Positions 39,602 to 48,239 of a DNA stretch of 49,916 nt are shown here, in pieces; the stretch's first letter is position 1; the number at the start of each line of letters is the position of its first letter. Made by a program: the position numbers and the translations under genes. The notes beneath the pieces were generated by a model. The model was not told the origin of the DNA. It saw only the letters and a program-made list of their open reading frames with translations, and did no database searches. The stretch is taken from NCBI GenBank assembly GCA_036676495.1, contig JAKFCT010000100.1, positions 1-49,916 of the forward strand, given 5' to 3'. Origin of the DNA: Candidatus Sericytochromatia bacterium. GTDB taxonomy: Bacteria; Cyanobacteriota; Sericytochromatia; S15B-MN24; UBA4093.

Positions 39602-41181
39602 TGCTCCCGGCCCCCGATTCGCTCTCGCTGCGCGAGCAGCTTGGCCAGCTCATCGCCCCCCTGCTCCCCAGCCACGCCTTCCAGGCCGAACCGGACGCCC
39701 TCGACGTCCAAATCACCGAGCTGCGCCAGGGGCGCTGGGGCGGCTACATCACGATCTTCCCCAAACCCGACCTGACCACGGCCCTGACCCGTCTGCAGGC
39801 CGAGACGGCGATCCCGCTCCTGGTGGCTTGCGACCTCGAACGGGGAGCGGGCCAGCACCTCGACGGGCTCTCGCGCTTTCCCCATATCATGGCCCTCGGG
39901 GCCGCCGAAAGCACGGAGCTGGCTTACCAGCAGGGACGCCTCACCGCGCTCGAAGCCCGCGCGGCCGGCGTCCACTGGGTGCTCGCCCCGGTCGCCGACG
40001 TCAACTCCAACCCCGCGAACCCCATCATCAACGTCAGGGCCTTCGGCGGGGACCCGGACCACGTCTCGGACCTGGTCGAAGCCTTCGTGAAAGGCTGCCA
40101 GGAACACGGAGCGCTCGCCACCGTCAAGCATTTCCCCGGCCATGGCGACACCGACGTGGACTCCCATGCCGCCCTGCCGGTCATCCACGCCAACCGCTTG
40201 CGCCTGGACCTCATCGACCTCCGGCCGTTCCGGCGGGCGATCGCCGCCCGCGTCGCCGCCCTCATGACCGGCCACATCGCCGTCCCCGCGCTCGACCCCA
40301 CCCTGACGCCCGCGACCCTCTCGGAGCCCATCATCACCGGCCTCTTGCGCCGAGACCTGGGCTATGACGGCCTGGTGGTCACGGATGCCTTCAATATGGC
40401 CGGCGTCGCCGACGCCACCAGCGAGGAAGAAGCCGCCATCCAGGCCATCCGCGCCGGCTGCGACGTCATCCTCATGCCCCCGCATCCCCTGCGCGTCCTG
40501 GACGCCCTGGAAGCAGCCGTCCTCGACGGCAGGCTGAGCCGGGAGCGCGTCCTGGAGGCCTGCCGCCGCGTCCTGGCCGCCAAGGCCTCGATCGGCCTCG
40601 ACTCCCCCGAAAAGGCCGCTCCCTCCGAGCGGATCACTCCCCATGCGGAGGCCGCCCGGGTCGCCGAGGCGATCGCCGCCCAGGCCATCACCATGGTGAA
40701 GGGAGACGAACACTGCCTCCCCTTGAACCCGGAGGCCACCGCATGCCTCCTGCTCGACGACGACGGAGACGCGGCCGTCTACGCCCCCTGGGACGAGGCC
40801 CTGGCCACCTACGGCATGACCCGCAGCGTCCTCGATACGAAGTCAGGACCCGCCGAGTACGGCCGGATCATGGCCGAGCTGAAGGGCTGCGAATACTTGC
40901 TGGTGCCGGTCTTTGCTCACGTGAGGGCCTGGAAGGGCCGCATCGGCTTGCTTCCGGAGATGGCCAGCCTCCTCAATCGGCTCGCGGCCGCGGGCACCCG
41001 GATCGTCCTGGTCTCATTCTCGAATCCCTACCTGATTCGCCAGGTCCCGGACGTCTCGGCTTACTTCTGCGCGTACAGCGACCATCCAGCTTGCCAGCGC
41101 ACGGCGCTGGAGGTGGTCATGGGCGATCGCCCCCCTCAGGGCATCCTGCCCGTGGAGCTGAGCGTCACGGTGGACGCCTGA
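39601..41181 (+). CDS. nagZ: GH3 beta-N-acetylglucosaminidase
   Basis: KHFPGHGDTDVDSH signature; DLERG; VTDA. Confidence 0.9.
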   Translation: MLPAPDSLSLREQLGQLIAPLLPSHAFQAEPDALDVQITELRQGRWGGYITIFPKPDLTTALTRLQAETAIPLLVACDLERGAGQHLDGLSRFPHIMALGAAESTELAYQQGRLTALEARAAGVHWVLAPVADVNSNPANPIINVRAFGGDPDHVSDLVEAFVKGCQEHGALATVKHFPGHGDTDVDSHAALPVIHANRLRLDLIDLRPFRRAIAARVAALMTGHIAVPALDPTLTPATLSEPIITGLLRRDLGYDGLVVTDAFNMAGVADATSEEEAAIQAIRAGCDVILMPPHPLRVLDALEAAVLDGRLSRERVLEACRRVLAAKASIGLDSPEKAAPSERITPHAEAARVAEAIAAQAITMVKGDEHCLPLNPEATACLLLDDDGDAAVYAPWDEALATYGMTRSVLDTKSGPAEYGRIMAELKGCEYLLVPVFAHVRAWKGRIGLLPEMASLLNRLAAAGTRIVLVSFSNPYLIRQVPDVSAYFCAYSDHPACQRTALEVVMGDRPPQGILPVELSVTVDA

Positions 41182-41182
41182 C

Positions 41183-42445
41183 ATGCGCCTCCGGCGCCTC
41201 GGGCTGCTTCCGGCCCTGCTCTCCCTGGCCCTGCTCTCGGCCTGCGCGACCCGCTCCGGCACGCTCAGTTTCGCGACCTGGGGTTCGGTCGACGAGATTG
41301 CCCTGCTCAAGCCCTTGCTCGCGGAGTTCACCGCCGAGACCGGGACCGAGGTCGAGCTCGTCCACATCCCCGAGAGCTACTTCCAGAAGCTGCCGATTCT
41401 CTTCGCCTCCCGGCAGGCCCCCGACGTCCTCTTCCTCAACAACATGACCGTTCCCGCCTACGCCGACTCCGGAGCCTTGCTCCCGCTCGATGAGCAGCTC
41501 GCGGCCTCCCCCACCCTCAAAGAGGGGGACTTCTACGCGCAGGGGCTCGAGGCGATGCGCTGGAAGGGCCAGCTCTACGCCGTGCCGCGCGATCTTTCCA
41601 ACCTCGTGGTCTACGTCAACCGCCGCATGTTCGACGAAGCGGGCCTCTCCCTCCCCCCCAAGGACTGGACCATGGCTGAGATGCTCGACGTGGCCCAAAA
41701 ACTCAGCCGCAAGAGCCCGCAGGCCCACGATTCCCAGGCTCGGACGTTCGGCATCTCCTTCGACAAGCGCCCTCTCTTCTGGCTTCCGTATCTCTGGAGC
41801 GAAGGGGGAGACCTCTTCGACGCCGGTTTCACCCGCTCCACCCTCGCCGAGCCCCAGGCCATCGCGGCCATGCAGTTCTACGCGGACCTCGCGCATCGCC
41901 ATCACGTCGCCCCCCGCGAGATCGACACGGGCAACGCGCCGATGGCGCAGCTCTTCGCGCAGGGGAAGCTGGCGATGTTCGTGAGCGGGCGCTGGAGCGT
42001 GCCGGGCTTCCGCAAGTCGCTGACCTTCGACTGGGACGTCCTCCCCTTCCCCACCGGCAAAGCCGGATCCATCGTCGACGTGGACGCTTCCGGCTGGGCG
42101 ATCTCGGCCCAGAGCCCGCGTCAGGACGAGGCCTGGAAGCTGATCTCCCACCTGGCGGGCAAGCATGCGAGCGAAACCTTCTCGAAGGGCGGCCTGATCG
42201 TTCCCGCGCGCCGGGACGTCGCCGAGGCCCCGGCCTTCCTCTCTCTCGGACAGGCCCCGCGCTCCTCCATGACCTTCCTGGATGCGCTCGCCACCGGCCG
42301 GCCTACCCGCACGCCCCCCAACTGGGGCGAGGTGACCACCGTCCTGGACCTCGAACTGGGGCCCCTCTGGCGCGGAGAAGCCTCGGCCTCGCAGGTCCTC
42401 CCCAAGGCCGCGCGCCGCATCGACGAACTCCTGAGGCAGAACTGA
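41183..42445 (+). CDS. Sugar ABC transporter substrate-binding lipoprotein
   Basis: Lipobox LSAC; GQLYAVP, YVNRRMF, FAQGKLAM. Confidence 0.9.
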   Translation: MRLRRLGLLPALLSLALLSACATRSGTLSFATWGSVDEIALLKPLLAEFTAETGTEVELVHIPESYFQKLPILFASRQAPDVLFLNNMTVPAYADSGALLPLDEQLAASPTLKEGDFYAQGLEAMRWKGQLYAVPRDLSNLVVYVNRRMFDEAGLSLPPKDWTMAEMLDVAQKLSRKSPQAHDSQARTFGISFDKRPLFWLPYLWSEGGDLFDAGFTRSTLAEPQAIAAMQFYADLAHRHHVAPREIDTGNAPMAQLFAQGKLAMFVSGRWSVPGFRKSLTFDWDVLPFPTGKAGSIVDVDASGWAISAQSPRQDEAWKLISHLAGKHASETFSKGGLIVPARRDVAEAPAFLSLGQAPRSSMTFLDALATGRPTRTPPNWGEVTTVLDLELGPLWRGEASASQVLPKAARRIDELLRQN

Positions 42446-43341
42446 TGGGCATCGGCAAGTCGCTCTCCAAACTCACCCGCCACGACGGCTTCTGGGCCTT
42501 CCTGCTCGCCGGCCCCACCCTGCTCGGGATTTTGGTCTTCAACCTCATGCCGATCGCCGGATCCTTCTGGCTGAGCCTCACCAAGTGGAATCTGCTGTCG
42601 GCCCCGCGCTTCGTCGGCTTAAAGAACTACCAGGACCTGCTCTCGGATTCCCTGTTTTACCAGGTGATGGGCCAGACCTTCGCCTTCGTGGGCATGGTGG
42701 TCGCCCTCGAGCTCGTCTTCGGCGTCCTCGTCGCCATGGCCCTCAACTCCAAGCTCAAGGGAAGCACGTGGCTGCGAACGGCTTATTTCCTGCCGTTCGT
42801 CACCTCGATGGTCGCCGTCAGCATCGTCTGGGGCTGGGTCTTCGACCCGGCCAACGGCGCCCTCAACATGCTCCTCAAGGCCCTGGGATCCGCTCCCGTC
42901 GCCTGGCTCGCTGACCCGAACATCGCGCTGCCCGCCCTCGCCTTCCTCACCGCCTGGAAGGGCCTGGGCTACGCCATGATGCTGATCTTTGCTGGCTTGC
43001 AGGCCATCCCCGCTCAGTACGACGAGGCGGCCTCCATCGATGGGGCCACCCCCGTGCAGCGCTTCTTCCGCGTCACGCTGCCGCTGCTGAGCCCCACGAT
43101 CTTTTTGGTGGCCGTGCTCTCGACCATCAATGCCTTTCAAGCCTTCGATGCCGTCTACCTGCTCACCGCAGGAGGACCGGCCAATCGCACCACCACCATC
43201 GTTTACTGGCTCTACCAGAACGCCTTCGTCCACTACAACCTCGGTAAGGCCTCGGCGATCGCCTACGTGCTCTTTGCCGTGCTGTTCCTGCTGACGCTGA
43301 TCCAGTGGGGCGTCCGCAAGAAGTGGGTTTACGCGGAATGA
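42445..43341 (+). CDS. Sugar ABC permease (MalF-type)
   Basis: FVGLKNY; EAASIDGA EAA loop. Confidence 0.92.
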   Translation: MGIGKSLSKLTRHDGFWAFLLAGPTLLGILVFNLMPIAGSFWLSLTKWNLLSAPRFVGLKNYQDLLSDSLFYQVMGQTFAFVGMVVALELVFGVLVAMALNSKLKGSTWLRTAYFLPFVTSMVAVSIVWGWVFDPANGALNMLLKALGSAPVAWLADPNIALPALAFLTAWKGLGYAMMLIFAGLQAIPAQYDEAASIDGATPVQRFFRVTLPLLSPTIFLVAVLSTINAFQAFDAVYLLTAGGPANRTTTIVYWLYQNAFVHYNLGKASAIAYVLFAVLFLLTLIQWGVRKKWVYAE

Positions 43342-44150
43342 GAATCGTCGCTTACCTGATCCTGCTCGTCGGAGCCCTGTCGATGGTGGCGCCGTTCGCC
43401 TTGATGCTGGCGACCAGCCTCATGACCGCTGAGCAGGCCATGAGCTATCCCCCGCGCTTCTGGCCCGATCCCGTCGCCTGGGGGAACTATGCCCAGGCCT
43501 TCGTCACGGCACCGTTGTGGAGGTACTTCTGGAACTCGGTGCTGGTCTCGGGCGCGACCGTGCTGGGGCAGGTGCTCACGGGGGCGATGGCCGGCTATGC
43601 GTTCGCCCGCTTGACGTTCAAGGGCCGGAACGTCCTCTTTCTCGCGGTGCTCGCCACGATGATGGTGCCTCCCCAGGTGAACGTGGCGCCCTTGTTCGCG
43701 ATGATGTGTCAGTTCGGCTGGGTCAACACCCACTGGGCGCTCATCGTGCCGGGTCTCTTCGGGGCTTTCGGGGTCTTCCTCCTGCGGCAGTGGTTCCTGA
43801 CCTTCCCCACCGAGCTGGAGGAGGCGGCGAAGCTCGACGGCTGCACCCCCTGGGGCACGTTCTGGCGGATCGCTCTGCCCACGGCGGCCCCGGCCCTGGC
43901 GACCCTGGCCATCTTCGCGTTCATCGCCTCGTGGAACTCGTTCTTCTGGCCGCTGATCGTGACGCATTCGGATGCCGTGCGCACCCTGCCGGTCGGACTC
44001 GCCGCCTACAAGAGCTCCTTCCGGGAGATCACCGACTGGGGCGTCCTCATGGCCGCCACCACGCTTTCAGTCCTGCCCGCCGTGGGCGTCTTCCTCTTGG
44101 GGCAGCGCTACTTCATCCGGGGCATGCTGGCCGGTTCCGTCAAGGAGTAG
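43338..44150 (+). CDS. Sugar ABC permease (MalG-type)
   Basis: ATGA overlap; EEAAKLDG, WNSFFWP, GSVKE. Confidence 0.92.
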   Translation: MRIVAYLILLVGALSMVAPFALMLATSLMTAEQAMSYPPRFWPDPVAWGNYAQAFVTAPLWRYFWNSVLVSGATVLGQVLTGAMAGYAFARLTFKGRNVLFLAVLATMMVPPQVNVAPLFAMMCQFGWVNTHWALIVPGLFGAFGVFLLRQWFLTFPTELEEAAKLDGCTPWGTFWRIALPTAAPALATLAIFAFIASWNSFFWPLIVTHSDAVRTLPVGLAAYKSSFREITDWGVLMAATTLSVLPAVGVFLLGQRYFIRGMLAGSVKE

Positions 44151-44281
44151 GACAGCGCGGCTTCACCGCATATCTTTCAAGGAAAATCCAAGCAAATTCT
44201 GCATGTCTACTAGCCATGACGCCGGTCTTGTGGCATGGTGTGACGGCGTTCTGCTGTTTCGTTTTTATGCGGGAGGGAGAC

Positions 44282-44551
44282 ATGCCTGGAATTTCGACGG
44301 AAGTCCCACAGCGCTTGATGGCACGGGTTCTCGAAGGTGCCGCTCGTAGGCTGGGCGTGGGGATCGACCAAATCCAGGTGGAACGGGTGGAGGCGACGAC
44401 CTGGGGAGACAGCTCCCTGGGGTGTCCACGGCCCGGCATGGTGTACGCCCAAGTGATCACCCCTGGCTATCGCATCGTGGTCAGCAATGGTGGCCGGCGG
44501 CTCGTGTTTCATACCGATAGCCGCGACGATGCCGTGCTTTGTCAGCGATAG
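44282..44551 (+). CDS. Conserved hypothetical protein (W.D.SLGCP..G..Y.Q..TPGY family)
   Basis: GGAGGGAG RBS; recognisable conserved motif. Confidence 0.75.
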   Translation: MPGISTEVPQRLMARVLEGAARRLGVGIDQIQVERVEATTWGDSSLGCPRPGMVYAQVITPGYRIVVSNGGRRLVFHTDSRDDAVLCQR

Positions 44552-44573
44552 GAGGGTTCGGAAGGAGCGGGTC

Positions 44574-44870
44574 ATGATGGATAAGCTGGCCGAAAAGACG
44601 TGGCACGGCATGCCGCAGGAAGCGATCGAGGCAAACCAAGATCGGATTCCGGCGCGCGAGCCGGCGGGGAAGTTCTTCGCTCCCCCGAGCGGCTACCGCT
44701 ATCCGAAGGTCTATTTTTCGGGAAATTATGGCGCCCTCTGCGGCGAGTTCCAGGAATTCTGGCGACAGAACATCACCAAGGACACCGCTGCGCAAGTTGC
44801 CTGGTCGGCATTTGGGCTCTGTGGACATTCGATTCGCTACTACGACGACAACGGCCAGGAAATCGGCTAG
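44574..44870 (+). CDS. Hypothetical protein
   Basis: AAGGAG RBS; followed by a hairpin. Confidence 0.6.
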   Translation: MMDKLAEKTWHGMPQEAIEANQDRIPAREPAGKFFAPPSGYRYPKVYFSGNYGALCGEFQEFWRQNITKDTAAQVAWSAFGLCGHSIRYYDDNGQEIG

Positions 44871-44880
44871 GCAACTAGCT

Positions 44881-44905
44881 TGGGCGGCCCTCCCGGGGCC
44901 GCCCA
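44881..44905. terminator. Hairpin terminator
   Basis: TGGGCGGCCC/GGGCCGCCCA. Confidence 0.6.
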
Positions 44906-44983
44906 TCCTCTATCCATGCGGTTCTCGCTTGACGCTCGCTCTCCAAGTCTCCAGCCACGGGCGTCTCGCATCAGCCGCGGGCG

Positions 44984-45199
44984 CTAATCGCCGGGGCCTG
45001 GCATATGATGCTTAAAGGTCTTCGGCATGGGCATGTGTGATTCAATGCGGGTCTCCTCACGCCGGCGGGCCGCGGCGGCCTCTCGTCTCTGGCGTTCGAG
45101 ACGCTCGTCGTCCTCCCGAGAATCGGGGCCACTTGAGTCAGGGGCGGGTCTCTGTACGGCTTCCGGGCGGGAAGTACTTGGAGATCGGCGCTTTGACAT
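44984..45199 (-). CDS. Possible small charged protein overlapping the 3-prime end of the DUF6338-like gene
   Basis: GGGAGG RBS before ATG 45199; E/R-rich helix. Confidence 0.35.
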   Translation of the reverse strand: MSKRRSPSTSRPEAVQRPAPDSSGPDSREDDERLERQRREAAAARRREETRIESHMPMPKTFKHHMPGPGD

Positions 45200-45866
45200 A
45201 GGCAGGCCTCCCATTTTCTAGGCTGGGGCAGTCCCAAAACGTCACCTGAAGGATCTGGTCGCCCCGAATCCAGACCCCTTGGTTGCCCTCGATCGGCAGC
45301 CAGGTTCCATCGCCGGCGTAGTGGTACTGCCAAAGTAAGGCGATGTCCCGCTCGTCATGGGAAGCAAAAGCCTCCTTGGAATAGATGCCACCGAGGACGT
45401 GATTGTCGGTCAGGAAAATGGTCACGAAGTCAGGACGCTTGTTCTGGCCGATGACGGTGAACTTGTAATCCCATGCGGACTTGCTCAAACCGAGCGGATG
45501 AATCCCGACCAGCTTCCAGAACCAATTTCGCTGGCCTGCCGACATCGATCGGCCGATCAAGACCCCCAGTACCGCGGGGCTGACGAGAGCCACCAGGAGG
45601 ACGGCCAGCGCACCGGCTATCTGGGGATGGGTCTGCACCCACGGCGTGTGGGACAGGGGGAAGAGGATCGGAAACCAAAGGGCCAGGTTCAGACATGCCA
45701 GCGATAGAAAATGCAGGATCCGAGCGGAGGGATCCTTGCTCGTCCGTGGCATGTAGGCCGCAAAGACGGTGTAGAGGATGAAGCCTGGCACCACGAAGAG
45801 CAGCACCGGCAAGATCAGATTGGGATCGATTTGCGGCAAGCTCGGTAATGTGAGGGGATTGGCCAC
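45138..45866 (-). CDS. DUF6338-like membrane protein
   Basis: AGGAGGT RBS; FVVPGFI, three TM segments, SAWDY.F, GVWI...I. Confidence 0.7.
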   Translation of the reverse strand: MANPLTLPSLPQIDPNLILPVLLFVVPGFILYTVFAAYMPRTSKDPSARILHFLSLACLNLALWFPILFPLSHTPWVQTHPQIAGALAVLLVALVSPAVLGVLIGRSMSAGQRNWFWKLVGIHPLGLSKSAWDYKFTVIGQNKRPDFVTIFLTDNHVLGGIYSKEAFASHDERDIALLWQYHYAGDGTWLPIEGNQGVWIRGDQILQVTFWDCPSLENGRPAYVKAPISKYFPPGSRTETRP

Positions 45867-46021
45867 TGTAACCTCCTGGCCGATCGGGCCGAGATGATCC
45901 TAGCGCAATCCCCATGGGTGCAAAGCGCCGCGCGGACGAAATCCGACGCGAATTCTGGCCATTCAAGCCAGCTTTGGGTAGGGCTTGCCCTGCCTACGTC
46001 ACGGCCGAGTGCCCGCTAACG

Positions 46022-48115
46022 TCACGTGCTGGACGGCGTTCCCCGTTCGAGCAAGCTCCTGAGCCGGCCCCTGGCCTGGTTGAGGGCCTCGCGCGCCTCT
46101 GAGGGCGAGAGCCGGGTCGCGTGGATGGCGATCGCCAGCTTCACCGACCCGTCCGCCTGATCGAGCAGCGCTTGGGCCGTGGCCGCGTCGACGCCCGCGA
46201 CCCGCTGGATGATCCGCAGGGCGCGGGCTTGGAGCTTCCGGTTCGAGACCTTCACGTCGACCATCAGGTTGCCGTAGACCTTGCCCAGGAGCACCATGGC
46301 CGTGGTCGAAATCTGGTTGAGCGCGAGCTTGGTGGCCGTCCCCGCCTTGAGGCGGGTCGAGCCCGTCAGGACCTCGGGCCCTACGATCAAAGGCAGCGGG
46401 TGATCGACGTAGTCCAGGGGAGGCAAGGGGTTGCAGGCGATGAGCGCGGTCGTCGCGCCCGCCCTCTTGGCCGTTTTCAAGGCTCCATGGACGTAGGGAG
46501 TGCCGCCGCTCGCCGCGATCCCCACGACCAGGTCTCGGGGCCCGACGCCGCGCGCCTCCAGGTCCGAGCCCCCGGCCTCGGCATCGTCTTCGGCTCCTTC
46601 GATGGCCTGGGTCAGGGCCTTGGATCCCCCGGCAATCAGCCCCTGGAACCATTCCGGAGGAGCCGAGAAGGTCGGCGGAATCTCGGACGCATCCAGGACT
46701 CCAAGCCTTCCGCTCGTCCCCGCCCCCACGTAGAAGACCCTCCCTCCCCCGCGAATCGCCTCGGCAGCCGCAATAGCCACCTGGGCCGTCGCCAGGCTCC
46801 CGGCTGCGACCGCTTCGGCGGTTTGGGCATCTTCGGCGCTCATCAGGGCGGTGATTTCGGGGGCCGTGAGCGTGTCGAGACGCTCGCTGAGCGGATTGGG
46901 GGTCTCGGTGACCGGGTGGGGCTCGTCTACCGTCGCGGGTGCCAGCAGCAAACGCTGGAAGTTCGCACCGGGACTGATCTTGCCGAGGAGGACGGGCCGA
47001 TCGGCCCCGGTCGTCTCGGGGAGGTGGTTGTTCGCGCCGAAGACGGCCTGATAGGCGAGCACGGCGAAGGCCACGGCCTCCTTGGCGTCGGCATCGAAGC
47101 CCCGCGCGTCGCTGGGCAGGACCTGAGCCTCGGGAAGGGCTTGCGCGAGCATGGCCATGAGCGTGCGGTTATGGGCACCGCCGCCGCTCACCAGGATCTC
47201 TCCGGGCAGGACGGGCAGAAAGTCGCGGTAGGCGCGGGCGATGCTCCGGGCCGTCAAGGCGGTGGCGGTGGCGATCGCGTCCTCGGGCGACAGGCCCTGT
47301 GCCAAGGCCTCGTCGTAGCGCGCATCCGCGTAGGCCTGACCGAATTCTTCACGTCCGGTGGACTTCGGCGGCTGCGCGGCAAAGTAGGCATGGCGCAGCC
47401 AGGTTTCCAGCAGGCCTTCATGGACGTGGCCCCGGGCGGCGTAGCGGCCCTCGGGGTCGAAGTGCTCGCGGCCTGCGGTGAAGCGCTCGACGAAGCGGTC
47501 GATGACCATGTTGGCGGGGCCGGTGTCGAAGGCGACCGGTGCCTGTCCGGGGACGAGGGCGGTGACGTTGGCGATGCCTCCCAGGTTCTGGAGGGCCACG
47601 GCAGGGGCCGAGCTGCCGAAGAGCAGCTGATCGACGAAGGGCACGAGCGGCGCTCCCTGGCCCCCCGCAGCGACGTCCGCTTTGCGGAAGTCCGAGACGG
47701 TGGTGATGCCCGTGCGGACGGCGATGAGCGAGCCGTCCCCCAGTTGCAAGGTGGAGGGGGCCTCCCCGCTCGGGCGGTGCCATAGCGTCTGGCCGTGCGA
47801 TCCGATCAGATCCGCGCGCCCCCCCGCTTTCGCCAGGACCGCCTCGGCGGCCTCGGCAAAGAACGCGCCTAGCAGGGTGTCGAGTTCGGCCAAGCGGTCG
47901 ATTCGGCTGGTCTCGGGGGCGAGTTGCTCCTGGATGCGCGCGCGGAGCGTGGCGGGCATGGGCAGGGTGAGGAAGGCTTCCAGACGGAGGTCCAGGCCCG
48001 CGGCGCGCGGGGTGAGGGAGACCAGGGCCGCGTCGCAGCCGTCCAGGGAGGTGCCGGACATCAGGCCGATCACGCGCAGGGGACGGCGGTAGGGGGAGTG
48101 ATTAAGGCGTTGCAT
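46022..48115 (-). CDS. anmK-murQ: Fusion of anhydro-N-acetylmuramic acid kinase and MurNAc-6-phosphate etherase
   Basis: GLMSGTSLDG, SHGQT, GGQGAPL, FDTGPAN, KEAVAFA; then GAGTSGRLG, GSTRLKAGTATK, KVYGNLMVDV. Confidence 0.93.
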   Translation of the reverse strand: MQRLNHSPYRRPLRVIGLMSGTSLDGCDAALVSLTPRAAGLDLRLEAFLTLPMPATLRARIQEQLAPETSRIDRLAELDTLLGAFFAEAAEAVLAKAGGRADLIGSHGQTLWHRPSGEAPSTLQLGDGSLIAVRTGITTVSDFRKADVAAGGQGAPLVPFVDQLLFGSSAPAVALQNLGGIANVTALVPGQAPVAFDTGPANMVIDRFVERFTAGREHFDPEGRYAARGHVHEGLLETWLRHAYFAAQPPKSTGREEFGQAYADARYDEALAQGLSPEDAIATATALTARSIARAYRDFLPVLPGEILVSGGGAHNRTLMAMLAQALPEAQVLPSDARGFDADAKEAVAFAVLAYQAVFGANNHLPETTGADRPVLLGKISPGANFQRLLLAPATVDEPHPVTETPNPLSERLDTLTAPEITALMSAEDAQTAEAVAAGSLATAQVAIAAAEAIRGGGRVFYVGAGTSGRLGVLDASEIPPTFSAPPEWFQGLIAGGSKALTQAIEGAEDDAEAGGSDLEARGVGPRDLVVGIAASGGTPYVHGALKTAKRAGATTALIACNPLPPLDYVDHPLPLIVGPEVLTGSTRLKAGTATKLALNQISTTAMVLLGKVYGNLMVDVKVSNRKLQARALRIIQRVAGVDAATAQALLDQADGSVKLAIAIHATRLSPSEAREALNQARGRLRSLLERGTPSST

Positions 48116-48212
48116 GCCTCGAGTGTACTCCCGGATCGGCCGAGGCTCAAGCGCGTTTCCCCGGGTTGCTTGCGTTCGCGACTATTTTTCGCTTTGAACT
48201 CCAGTTCCGAGG

Positions 48213-48239
48213 TTAAGACCGCTATAATAAGTTTAAGAC
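48213..48239 (+). promoter_or_regulatory. Consensus -10 (TATAAT 48223-48228) flanked by TTAAGAC direct repeats
   Basis: TTAAGAC at 48213 and 48233. Confidence 0.6.

Noticed and set aside
261-47785. Many long antisense or alternate-frame ORFs (e.g. 3272..5458-, 6476..8038-, 19154..21550-, 46121..47785+)
   Set aside because: Typical high-GC shadow ORFs opposite well-supported genes; Arg/Gly/Pro-rich or mirror-codon composition with no motifs.
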